From the NCBI GenBank assembly GCA_023515725.1, contig JALDTO010000266.1:1155580-1219579 (forward strand): a DNA stretch of 64,000 nucleotides. The letters are read 5' to 3'. The notes beneath the pieces are model-generated. The model saw only the letters and a program-made list of their open reading frames with translations. It ran no database searches and was not told where the DNA came from. Position 1 is the first letter of the stretch. Every line of letters begins with the position of its first letter. The position numbers and the translations under genes were made by a program. Below, in pieces: positions 1-10,708 of this stretch. This stretch comes from Amoeboaphelidium protococcarum X5. Taxonomy: Eukaryota; Fungi; Aphelidiomycota.

Positions 1-1191
1 TCGAGTAATTAATCCACATGGTTACTATGAAGAAGTTCCAACAGAGGTGGCACTTTAATTGGAATTCATCGATACATTGGAAATGGATGACCATATAGAC
101 ATTGTATGCAGTGGCGGTCGCAAGAACTCATACCATGACCCTCTATGACTGCCAATCTTTTATCTACCATCATCATGGTAGTTGACACTTAGGTGCGAGT
201 CATTTCTCATGTAAGTGGACGGATGACGGCTATTAGTGTAACTATTAAAGGTGCCACCATGCTCTCGCTCTACTCCCTGCTATAGTTCTAAATCATCAGA
301 AATTTGCTATTATTACTACGACGCAGTACCATTATTAAGATACACGGATCCACCACCAGTTTGTGATAATGATCCGCGTCTGACAGGTGGCGGTCGGTAT
401 TGATGAGGCACAGCAGTGGCGGCTTTGATCGATCTAGCGCGTTCATAGACTTTAACTCCACACACAATATAAAGTATGAGAGTGGCAGCAAATATCAGCA
501 GAATAGGAGCATAGAATACACCCACCTGAATCCATCGGAAATCATTTCTAATCCAGCATATTGGATCTACATAACCATAAATGAATCCGCCACCTCTAAT
601 CCCATCACCACCACTTCCATCCACATTAATGAACAATAAGATAAACGCCATCAGGAAGCTAACACCAAACGATATAAAGTAGTAAAACTTTTCATACTTT
701 GTTGTGGACACTTGTGATTTTTGGGCGTACAAGATGATCATCAGCGAGATGGCTTGAGATGACGCCCACATTGCAGACGCGATCGAACCAAACTGGAATA
801 GCAGTGCCTGTAAAAGACACAGCGACATTCTGTACTATTCCGGGAGAAATGGCATGAATGACAAAAATATAAACGCCAGAGCCATTACAAGATCAGCGAT
901 GGCCATGAACGATATTAGACGATTAGCGTCCAGCTTGTAGAATGTCTTCTTGAACAGAAAATTTCCCAATACCACCAGAGTGCATATAAGCGACAGTCCA
1001 CCGCATGAAATCAGAATATACCGCACAATCACCGTGCTCCATAAATACAAATCTCCATCCCCGTCTGTATTTGACGCGTCCACAGCAGGTCCACTGTAAT
1101 TCCTATTAAAGATCATTGACTGGTTCAAGTATGGATACTCTGTCGACAGCAGACTGTCATTCCGGAGACTAATTCCAAAAAATGACGCCAT
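1..1191 (-). CDS. G-protein-coupled receptor, cAMP-receptor-like/Git3-like; 3'-partial (runs off the window start)
   Basis: ORF pieces 835-1191 and 316-828 share one frame and are joined by TAG(=Gln) at 835-837; no TGA was seen in the stretch read by hand (to about position 50). Five hydrophobic helices with NRLISFMAIADL, CLLQALLFQFGSIASAMW and CWIR motifs, then a long polar third intracellular loop containing poly-Gln (TAG TAA TAA TAG CAA). Confidence 0.8.
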
Positions 1192-1549
1192 ATACTATAA
1201 TTCTTACTATGAATATACTATTGATAATAACAGCGATCCCCCTATATTAAAAAATAATAATATGCCAACACTTGACAAGAGAGAATTTAGTTCAATGCGG
1301 GCGACGCTACTTTAAATGAAAGCGATTTCCTGATTTGGTAAAAGCGCGTGGCGTGACCAGGAGAACCACCTACGTCTGATGATTTAGATGGCATCACAAT
1401 CCTGGTTTAGCGGGTGCTCATATTCAAATAGAGTCTAGAGTAAAATTATTTTCTTTTTAAGAGAGGGTAATTGGCGATAGATGTATAAATTGTACATTGT
1501 TCATATTCTCTCACACTAACAAAATACAGTACATGATCACTAAAAGTAT

Positions 1550-3199
1550 TCATTCTTCCATTCTGTTGAACAAAGCATTGGAATTGGAAGGCAGAGAGTG
1601 AGATTCAGATTCACCATTTTCCTATAGCTTTTAGTCTCTAACATTTTACTAACTAGATGCAGATGTCTGAGTACTTCCCGGAAACAAATACTCAGCAGTA
1701 CGTACAGACTGCTAGAATACATCCATCGTGGAGCGAAGCATATGATTAGTCTCATTGGCCAGAGTTAAGACTTTAGTGGCTTCAACTTCAGCAGGATTGC
1801 CACTACATTGAACAGGTGGGTAGCCCGACTGAGGCGCACCATTGATGTGAGCCTAAGCAAAAAGTGATTATTGCTACAAAGATTCTGGATGTGGATGAGC
1901 AGTGCCCATAATAGCATTCCATCTAGTGGGTAGAGATAGAATGAATCCACGCACCGTGTTTCTAGCCTCTAGAGACAGTACGCTACCCGCATACTTGCCA
2001 AGGACATCAACCACCTTCCTCAAAGTCTCCACAACTTCACGCTTGACACGAGCTGCGGATTGAGCCAGTTGGGCAATAGCATTAGCCAGATGAGTGTTCA
2101 TTTTGCTCACATCGCCATTTGCATTCTATTGCAACTCAACCATGGCCTACTTTAGAGATTGAATCTGCGAATCAATATGTGTGGTGGCATATTAAAGCCA
2201 GTCAATACAAAATCTCAGAGTTTTCACACTTTCTTCACCCAAAATATGATTCCATTTCTATACGACACTTGCGCCAGTGGTTGATGAAGAAGAGGATGGA
2301 GTGCCAGCAAAATGTTAATCACGATGCATTTACTGCTATTACTGTAATTACTACTACTACTGCTGCTGATGTGCAAGCGACTGATCCTATACAGATATCG
2401 ATGGCGATGAGGTGAAGCTGACGGGATGCAACTTTCTCAGAGTACCACCAATAGCCTCTCTTCCAGTGGTGTACATCTCAGCTGGTTCTTCCAGTATGAT
2501 AGGATAAGATTTCTCCAACCTGTCCAGCTGACGACACGCAAAAGAATCCAGCTGATTAATCTGAGGCTCTAGACGCGATAACACAGGAATGGTGGTATCA
2601 ATAAGAGTCTTGACTCCACTTTCCACCGTATTAGCAGAGTACCGTAGCACATTTGATGAATTCTTACTACTCTCATACACTTCTTAGACCGTCCTCAGCG
2701 TGCTATTCACCACAGGTAACTAGGTGACTCTTTGAATGAAACCACCACTACCAGCAGCAACATTATTCGGTACATGGCTGTGCACCGGAATGGCGGCGTA
2801 TGATGCACCAGCAATCTCGCTTGTAGGAGATGTGCAAGAGGAAGAGTCTCTCATACCAGACAAGACCATAGCTATTTCCTCCTCCCTAGTGCGCCCAATC
2901 TGAGGCTGTGCCTATAATTCGTACCCTTCATGACTAGCACTTCCACCATTAGCTAATGGCTGAGGTGAAGCGAACAGAGTACCATTACAACTACTATTAC
3001 TATTACTACTATTACCAACCGGTGTACACTCTCCGCCATCCAAATCCATGTAACTGGCCTAATTGTTATGCCCATTATCCATATGGCGATCACCATTCAA
3101 ACTAATACCAGAATCTCCATTCTACTCGCAAAGCTATTAAATGGAATATTTCGGACACTATCCATTCATATTGACGTCTTCCTCTACTCCACTAGTCAT
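1550..3199 (-). CDS. OPI1: Opi1-family transcriptional regulator (~549 aa)
   Basis: Single table-6 frame from ATG 3199 (alternative ATG 3169) to TGA 1550. Motifs FIQRVTQLPVVNS...YESSK...LRYSANTVES, LDSFACRQLDRLE, EESVKTLRFCIDWLQYATTHID (Q=TAA), KREVVETLRKVVDVLGKYAG, ILSLPTRW, KVLTLANE. Confidence 0.85.
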
Positions 3200-5740
3200 A
3201 TTCTTCTATACAATGATGTACTAAATATTCAAAATCAAAAAAGAAAGAGTTCAATTACTCAAATGATCCGGACAATAGAATGAGAAATCTATAATATAGT
3301 ATATTTACAAGCTACCAATACAGATGAATTCTAAACAAGAACAAGAAAGAAGGAGCGCGTTGAAAATATTTTTCTCTTCTCTAACTCTCTCTCTCTCGCT
3401 CAAAAAAGGGGATCGCGTTTCTGTGGCGCAATGTGACGCATGTGGGTTAAGCGATCACTCGTACACTTTAAAAAAAGCTCCGGCGATCTTTTCATCGGGG
3501 TACCCACATACCCCCGTATTAGCGACTGCAACCTTCAAATTGTTCCAACGACGTAATAAAGACCATAATCCAACCTGATATTACAACAGGACACCATCAA
3601 CTTAACCTTGACCAGTTTAGCCTGACACCATGCCTAAACTCATTGCATAAACCTTTCAACATCTGCGGTACCAATGAGCGCCTCCATAGCAGTACTAAGC
3701 ACGGCAGCCGTCCACCATTTACCCAATAAAACGCAATAATAATCACAGTATAATGCAACAATAATGACTCTCAAACGTAATACTTCTTGATATAGAGACT
3801 AAACATTTAATTACAGCGCGATAGTATTCAGCAAGATATGCAAACAGACATCACACATTGCAAGCAAATAATCTACTCCACCAGGTCAACTGCAACCAAT
3901 GTTACTTCCCCCTTGATAAACTCTGTGACATTACAATGCAAGCTCAGATATTAACGCGATACTCTGTGAAATGGCCAGCGCCAAGACTGAGACAGTTTCA
4001 ATAGGGACGCACCCAAAGATATAAATGCAACTTTCTATTATTGAACAATATCACAATTTCTGCAATTTCTTATCAAGAAGAGAAGTAAGGCGTCAACTTG
4101 CATCATTTTAACAGGAATGATTCAATCACTAACACTATCGTATCAGACCACGTCATGATGCGTCATTGATATCCGAGTTTCTGATTAACTGGGCACACAC
4201 GGACTGCAATCGCAAATATCATCATGAAACGCTCTAGTCTAGAATCTTGACTTTGCAGGTATGGATAGCGCACGTTTTTTGACTTGAATACATAATAAGA
4301 CAAATAGTGCTACAGATGTAGAATCAGTATAATACCAGTGACATTAAAGTGACGCGACAAGTCATCAATCAATGAGACTTTAACCTTCATATTTAGCAGA
4401 GTAATAATCAAACAAGGTGAGTTACTAGTTAAAGGAAAGACATGGGTTCAGAGAGAATATCTCGATTTAAGACCAGTTTCAATGGATACCATTATACTGA
4501 AACGCTACAAATCATATCAAAATACTTGTGAAACAAGCGAACCATCATCTAGTGATCTACTACAGAAAATTTTCAAAAAAACTTTTGAAGTGCACGAACG
4601 AGAGATCGGCCCTCTTTTAGTCTGATTCAACAACGTCGGTCAGGTGTGAGTCGTGTACTATAATACTGTAGTCATGCAGTTCTATACAATGGGAGACAGA
4701 TAGATACTGGTGGTGGAGTAACATTTCTAATGATCAGATGGTGGTTCAATTATCATTTTCTGGTTGTAAGCGAGTAGATTATGAACATACTAATGTACTG
4801 TATTAGAGAGAGACGTTATGGAACGCGCGTCGTCTTTTGGTAATCTGGTTATATAGCGGGCCTCCCAATTCTCCACTCTAATCCTGGATAATGGAGCCAA
4901 ATTGGTGATGACCTCGGATATTTATAGTAATGAGGTGGCTACATGAAGACTCCTATCCTCCACTTCAGATTGTCAGTTGGCGATTACCGCTGGATGATTT
5001 GAATGTGTTGTAATTAGGGCCTATCTTATAATTTAGTCTTGGAGAACTTTTGACGTATCTATGGAGGCTTTAACTAAACACCTGCAGTATATAATTGGCC
5101 TTGAAATTTGTTGCAAATGCATTGATAAAAGTTGCTCTAAATTAAGGCGCGTCTAGTTTGTTGAGGATAAGGATGGAAATTCATGACCTTTCTGAGAGAT
5201 GGAGACATGCAGTATGATGAAGTCTTTATTAATCCTTTTAACTGAGATTCTGAAAGGTTGGTGATTTTGGTGACTTTAAGTACCGCAATGCCAAACTGCA
5301 TAAGACGGAGGAATAATTAGCAATAAATCCCTGTGGGTTCTCGTAATATTGTATGATATATAGAGGCCAACCTACCTTGGTATACTGTCTCGGTCCTCGA
5401 CGATTTATCGGACCAAAGGGTCCAGAAGGAAGGCGCCATGCAATTTAACCTGAAAGGCCAATGCAAGTGGGATGTATTAATGGTAGACTATAATTTACAG
5501 CATTGCTGGCAACAAATTGACTTACACCAAGCACTACATACAGTCGAATTGCCGTCACAAGATGAAAGCTGGAAATAACCTCGAGGTGATGTATGGCAAT
5601 AAGTCCGCTTAGTGTTTCATCACCAGTGATGACTACCCCCCTCTGAAGTTCGTGCTGGGGGAACTATAATTCACCGTGAAAACCAGAATATTTTTTGTAA
5701 GAACATCACTCAATTCTTCAATGTTGCAATGCTGCCTTCA

Positions 5741-6151
5741 TCATGTTTCCTAGTTGACATTCCTCATCTGGTGGAGTCCATCATCCAACCTTCTTGTTTG
5801 GTGCTGGTGAGCGTCGTGCTTCCTACTATGCGTCTGACAGAAAGCCGCGCCTTCTTCTGTGAATCGCTCTTCGTCTACTGTAGGGGCCGGCCTCCTTCTA
5901 CAGAATCTGCAAATCTGGTCACAGTTATTAGAACAGTCATAAGCTTTTAGTCTGGAAAAAATTGCTGAGAGATGCTGACACAAGGTTTTAATATAATGAC
6001 AGACTAGTAAATATTGGGTCGTCGTGAAGAAATTATTCCCATGGCTGCGTATGGACTGATGTTGCTTTGTTTTAATTGCCTCTATCTAATTAAAATATCT
6101 ACCTTCATAATGCCTCTAATGTGGCCGTCTTAGTAATATATCAATGTACAT
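5741..6151 (-). pseudogene. Fragment of an orphan protein ending in a B-box-like Zn finger (CRFC...FCQTHSRKHDAH)
   Basis: Open in table 6 from 6151 to TGA TGA at 5738-5743. The terminal motif resembles the end of ORF 60669-62444. Its 5' side abuts the Gypsy relic. Confidence 0.35.
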
Positions 6152-6774
6152 GATCGCTGGATGATCGGTCTGTGTTTTTGGACGCGTTCCCTGCAGATGA
6201 CTTGAAGATCAAGACCTCCCTATCTCACCTGTATGGTAATGCTCTACAATGCTATGATTCCATCATGAAGCAACTATCAGATTGCGCTGGTGTTTTCCAA
6301 TTTTATCCTAACGTCATACGCAGATCAAGAAGTAAAAGTGCCCCGCAAGCTAAAGGGACATCCATGAACAAGGTATTGCGCGTGTTTAATATAATGTTTT
6401 CTGGTGGACAGTGGAGCAACACACAATTTCATGAAGAGTTGCGACTTCCCTGACACGAAGGAGGCCAATGGAAATAAGCTCAGCCGCCAAGTAAAATCAT
6501 TCTCTCTGGCAAAGTTGATCCGCCATGCTATCAGTGCCGGGTTTACGGACAAGTATACTGTCAAGTCCTTAAAGATGGCTTAAAGACTTGGTATCGGGAT
6601 AGACACGCAACTAGATGCCGTAGGACCGCACGTGGAGTCAAGTTGCAGGTGTCTAGCCTCGTTGATAACATTGACGTTGTGGTTCTTTGTGGATGCAGTG
6701 AAGAGCTGATCCTTGGAATGAGTTGGCTCTACAAACACAACCCACTTATTGATTGTGAGTAAAGAAGAATGTGA
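6152..6774 (+). mobile_element. Degenerate Ty3/Gypsy LTR-retrotransposon fragment (gag-like plus aspartyl protease C-terminus)
   Basis: 6661-6774 reads VDNIDVVVLCGCSEELILGMSWLYKHNPLIDC, matching the Gypsy protease D(I/L)ILGMxWLxxHNPxIDW motif. 6172-6270 FLDAFPADDLKIKTSLSHLYGNALQCYDSI resembles retrotransposon gag. Frames are broken; no RT, integrase or LTR seen. Confidence 0.7.
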
Positions 6775-7520
6775 TGCAGCAGTGGAGAAGTAACTCTACA
6801 AGAAGATTTAAAATTTACTATCATTGTCTCACTTGTATCTCTTAGAATAGGTAGAAAGCTACAATTGATATAAAAGGAAAGCGGTCTGCAAGGAGTCAGA
6901 GTGATGGAACATAGTCCAATTGAACTGGCAGTAATCTATGAATTTTTAATTCAAGATACAGTACTAGTAGAAAGGTTAAGTGAAATCAGTATAATTGGTT
7001 TATCTTAGTGAGGTGAAAGCAATGGGAATCAAGGGCGATCCTCGCGGTCTTAACGATTTCTTTCCACCAATCAGTATGGTTGTCTGCAAGTATATCTGCC
7101 TGTGAAAAGTATAAGAAGTTCTGAGCGACCACCAGAGCAAATTTTGAATGAAAATGCTGTTTGAATGGATGGATTGCGTTTTTTAAAATTGTAGATTTCT
7201 TTATCTCTCAAGAAATCTCCGTGACGCGTCTGGTATTGTACATCAGATGGTTGCTCTTATTCCACAGATCGTAATAATCGTACTGTATATACTTGAACAA
7301 CTTTGTGATCAACAACGACTTGTTTACTGTGGGTGTCGCTACTATGGCAACACTCTGTTACTTTAGTTTGTACTCGTTGTGTGTTTATATATGACCTCGT
7401 TGCCACTGATCGGCATCTCGACCATCTTGGTACAATCTCATTGATTGGCCTTTGTCTCTTTCTCTTCTGCAGTATCAAATTGTCTTCATCATGGTGGTGG
7501 AGGATGATCATATTAAGTGA

Positions 7521-9273
7521 GCATCCTCAACGATAACCAAGACTAGTGGGCAAGTACTGCTCCATAGGAACTGGACTTCTACTTCTACTAGCTCTGTACC
7601 ATACCGGAAGAGAGAACCAAAACAGCGTCGTCAGCATGTAAGGAATCCTAATCCAAGATCTTTGTCAGTCTTGAAAGTGGCTAGGAAGACCCGAAAGGTT
7701 AATAGTAAGATACCGGTGGCTTCTAACAGGAAAGTAGTTACTAATACGGCCGGGCGAGCTGGTAGTGATTTTGAAAATCTCCATGGACAGTATGTATTAC
7801 TCAATTATATGGAGTATTTACAGTTGGCTGCATAAAATCTGGAGAATATGAACTTTGATTGTCTACCGATGGGAACAGAATAGCCTCGCTATATCAAGGT
7901 GGACAAAAGCGTTCTAGTGCTAGCTATTGGGAAGTTGGAACTTGCTGTCGACGATCGCTAATCGTTACTGGCCAAGAACCGTGCAAAAGACATCATCAAT
8001 TTAAAATCTGTCAGACTTCATCGCAAAGCTGCTGATTTGGATGAAGTTATTCTGTCCACTGATGGATTTGGTTGTTCCATCACAGTTGAGTTGAATAAGG
8101 AGTTTCCTCCGTATTCTAATACAAGGGAGGACTTGCTAGTAAAAAAGTCCAAGTCAGTGGATTTATCATAGATGCGCGTTGGTGCTGTGGCTTTAACTAA
8201 CTGCAAGTAATTGGGGTCGCGCGTACAAGGTGCTAATGTAATCGGTGTTGATCCGGGTAAGATAAATGTGATGGTTTGGACTGCTGGCCCTGTCCTTGCT
8301 GCTGAATCTGAGGCTGCTGCGCATCGATAGCTGAGATAGACTGGGCGCCTCACTGCTAAGCACTGGCGTAAGTTGACTCTGGAGTCCTAATTCGATTCTG
8401 CTGAAAGACAGTTCAAGTCGTACTATCCTGAGGTCTTACAATTTGAAGCACGGTTGTCTCAAGTAAAGAGCAAGGCTGAATATCTGCAGATCTATCTGGA
8501 GATGCATGAGCATGTTTGGCACTATTATTGTGCTCCATTCCACCGTCAATGGCGTCTGAAAAAGTTTTGTGCAAGACAATCTGCCTTTGATAATGTCGCG
8601 AACAGCATGGTACACAGTCGAGAGATGCCATCTGCTCCGCTCAAGGACGACTACTACCGCCGCTACGCTGCGCATTGGCGAAAGAAGAGGCTGCGCTAAA
8701 GTTTTGGTCGGATGCTGGATCCAACAGTGCCTGCGGGTGATCGTCCAAAGCCTCCGGTGATCGCGTATGGTAATGCTGCTGTCTAACCCGTTAAAAAGAC
8801 TTCTCATGTTCCTGTCCGTGGGTTTGCCTATAAGCTTAGCCGTTGCGCGCTGTTGGTGATGGTGCTTGAGCCGAATACTTCAAAGCTGCATGCTCCCTGC
8901 CATCAAGAGATGCATATGCAAAACGTTGATGTTATGCGCTGTCATCACCGGAATAAGAAGGTGAGAATCGATGGTCATTGTCGACCCGTCTTTTGCTGTG
9001 TGGCTGAAGGAGTAAGTCGGATAACTGATTGTTCTACACGCTGCTGGACAATGTTCCGATCGTGAACGAAAAGTGGTGCAATCAAGGCTTGGCGTTTGCC
9101 AGAATTGTCAAGCGGAAGGTGTCACCGTTTTTGTTGATCGAGATGTTAATGCAGTTGTTAACTTGCAAGAAATTGTCGTCTACTACTCTGAGCACTGGGA
9201 AGACAAGGTCAGAAGGATATTCAGGCCTGAGTGGAATTGCCGCGCCGTAGGGCGCATTCGAGATATACAATGA
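7521..9273 (+). mobile_element. Fanzor (Fanzor1-like eukaryotic TnpB homologue; RuvC RNA-guided endonuclease), 5'-eroded, one frameshift near the 3' end
   Basis: TGA-free frame 7521-9065 containing FDCLPMGTEQPRYIKVDKSVL, ILSTDGFGCSITV, RuvC-I VIGVDPGK (D 8250), HRQWRLKKFCARQSAFD, VIAYGNA, RuvC-II MVLEPNTSKLHAPC (E 8868). The +1 frame to TGA 9273 has CQNC and RuvC-III VDRDVNAVVNL (D 9142). Ten in-frame TAA/TAG codons read as Gln. Confidence 0.85.
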
Positions 9274-9540
9274 AATACTTGTACAAATTAGAAACTTCAA
9301 AATAAACTTTAATTTTGACTCACAGCGCAATTTATAGATCCACCCACTTATTATCCAGCGTCTCTACATGTTTTTTCACTCTATGAGAACAGTACTGTAC
9401 TGTCTGTCAGCCGACCAATCGGCATTGAACAGTTCTCGCGAGTTTCTTCTTTTTTAAATCTTTCAGCAATTGTGATCGCCCGAAAGACTTCATCACTTTC
9501 GAAAACGCAAAGTTGATTAAATTTTAGAAAGTCAACAGAA

Positions 9541-10653
9541 ATGAGTGTCGTGTAAAGGATCAAGGATATTGAGGATGAGTTGGCCAAGACGCAGAAGAAT
9601 AAAGCGACGTCGCATCACATTGGTATTCTGAAGGCTAAGCTGGCTAAATTGAGAAAGGAGCTGCTTGAGCCTACCAAGGCGGGCGGTAGTGGCCCTGGTG
9701 TTGGGTTCGACGTGGCCAAGACTGGTAACGCGCGTGTTGGATTCATTGGATTCCCTTCGGTGGGTAAGAGTACGCTGATGAGCAAGCTGACCGGTACTCA
9801 CTCCGAAGTGGCCGCGTATGAGTTTACCACACTGACCACAGTGCCGGGAGTGCTCATGTACAAGGGCGCCAAGATGTAGATTCTGGATCTGCCCGGTATT
9901 TTGGAGGGCGCGAAAGATGGTAAAGGTAGAGGTAGACAGGTTATCGCTGTGGCTAGAACGTGCTCCCTCATTTTTATGGTTCTGGATGTGATGAAGCCAT
10001 TATCTCATAAGCGTATCCTGGAGAAGGAGTTGGAGGGATACGGAATTCGACTTAACAAGGAGCCACCAAATATCTCATTCAAGAAAAAGATGAAGGGTGG
10101 TGTCAGTATTACCAATACTGTGCCCGGTGGTCTTACTCACTTGGATAATGATGGTATCAAGGCTATACTGTCAGAGTACAGAATCCATAATGCTGATTTG
10201 ACGTTTCGCTGTGATGCTACAGAGGATGATTTGATTGATGTCATCTCGGAGATGAAGCCTGTGTATGTCCCGTGCATTTACGTTCTGAATAAGATTGACT
10301 CAATCTCTATTGAAGAGTTGGACATTCTGGCCAAGATTCCCAACTGTGTGCCAGTGTCCTCACAGCATGAGTGGAATTTTGATGATTTGTTGGAGACGAT
10401 GTGGTAGAAATTGAAGCTGGTCAGAGTATACACCAAGCCAAAGGGTCAGCTGCCAGATTACAATCAGCCGGTTGTATTGAGAGGAGGCAAGTGCTCGGTG
10501 GAGGATTTCTGTAATCACATCCACAAGACCATTGTGAAAGAGTTCAAGACTGCCATAGTGTGGGGTAGTTCTGTGAAGCATCAGCCATAACGCGTCGGTA
10601 TTGATCATATTCTAGCTGACGAAGACGTGGTTTAAATTATAAAGAAATCTTGA
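9541..10653 (+). CDS. DRG1: Developmentally regulated GTP-binding protein 1 (DRG1/Rbg1), 370 aa
   Basis: ATG 9541 to TGA 10651-10653, no introns. [31 protein letters not shown] and TGS domain. TAG/TAA fall at conserved Gln positions: GAKM-Q-ILDLPG (9877), KHQP-Q-RVG (10588), EDVV-Q-IIKK (10633). Confidence 0.97.
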
Positions 10654-10708
10654 ATTGAAATTTGATTGATTAAAAGATTTATTTTATATAAAGTTATCCG
10701 CGTATTTA

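Noticed and set aside
3300-5700. Short open stretches in table 6 (e.g. ~5360-5630) as genes
   Set aside because: No recognisable motifs and frequent TGA; probably decayed repeat or intergenic DNA that I cannot identify.
9012-9073. GTAAGT...AAAG intron repairing the Fanzor frame
   Set aside because: Splicing this 62-nt segment leads into the wrong frame (WCNQG...), missing the DRDVNA motif.
9242-9290. Helitron 3' terminus
   Set aside because: The GC hairpin is present but no CTRR end follows at the expected distance and no Rep/helicase is seen.
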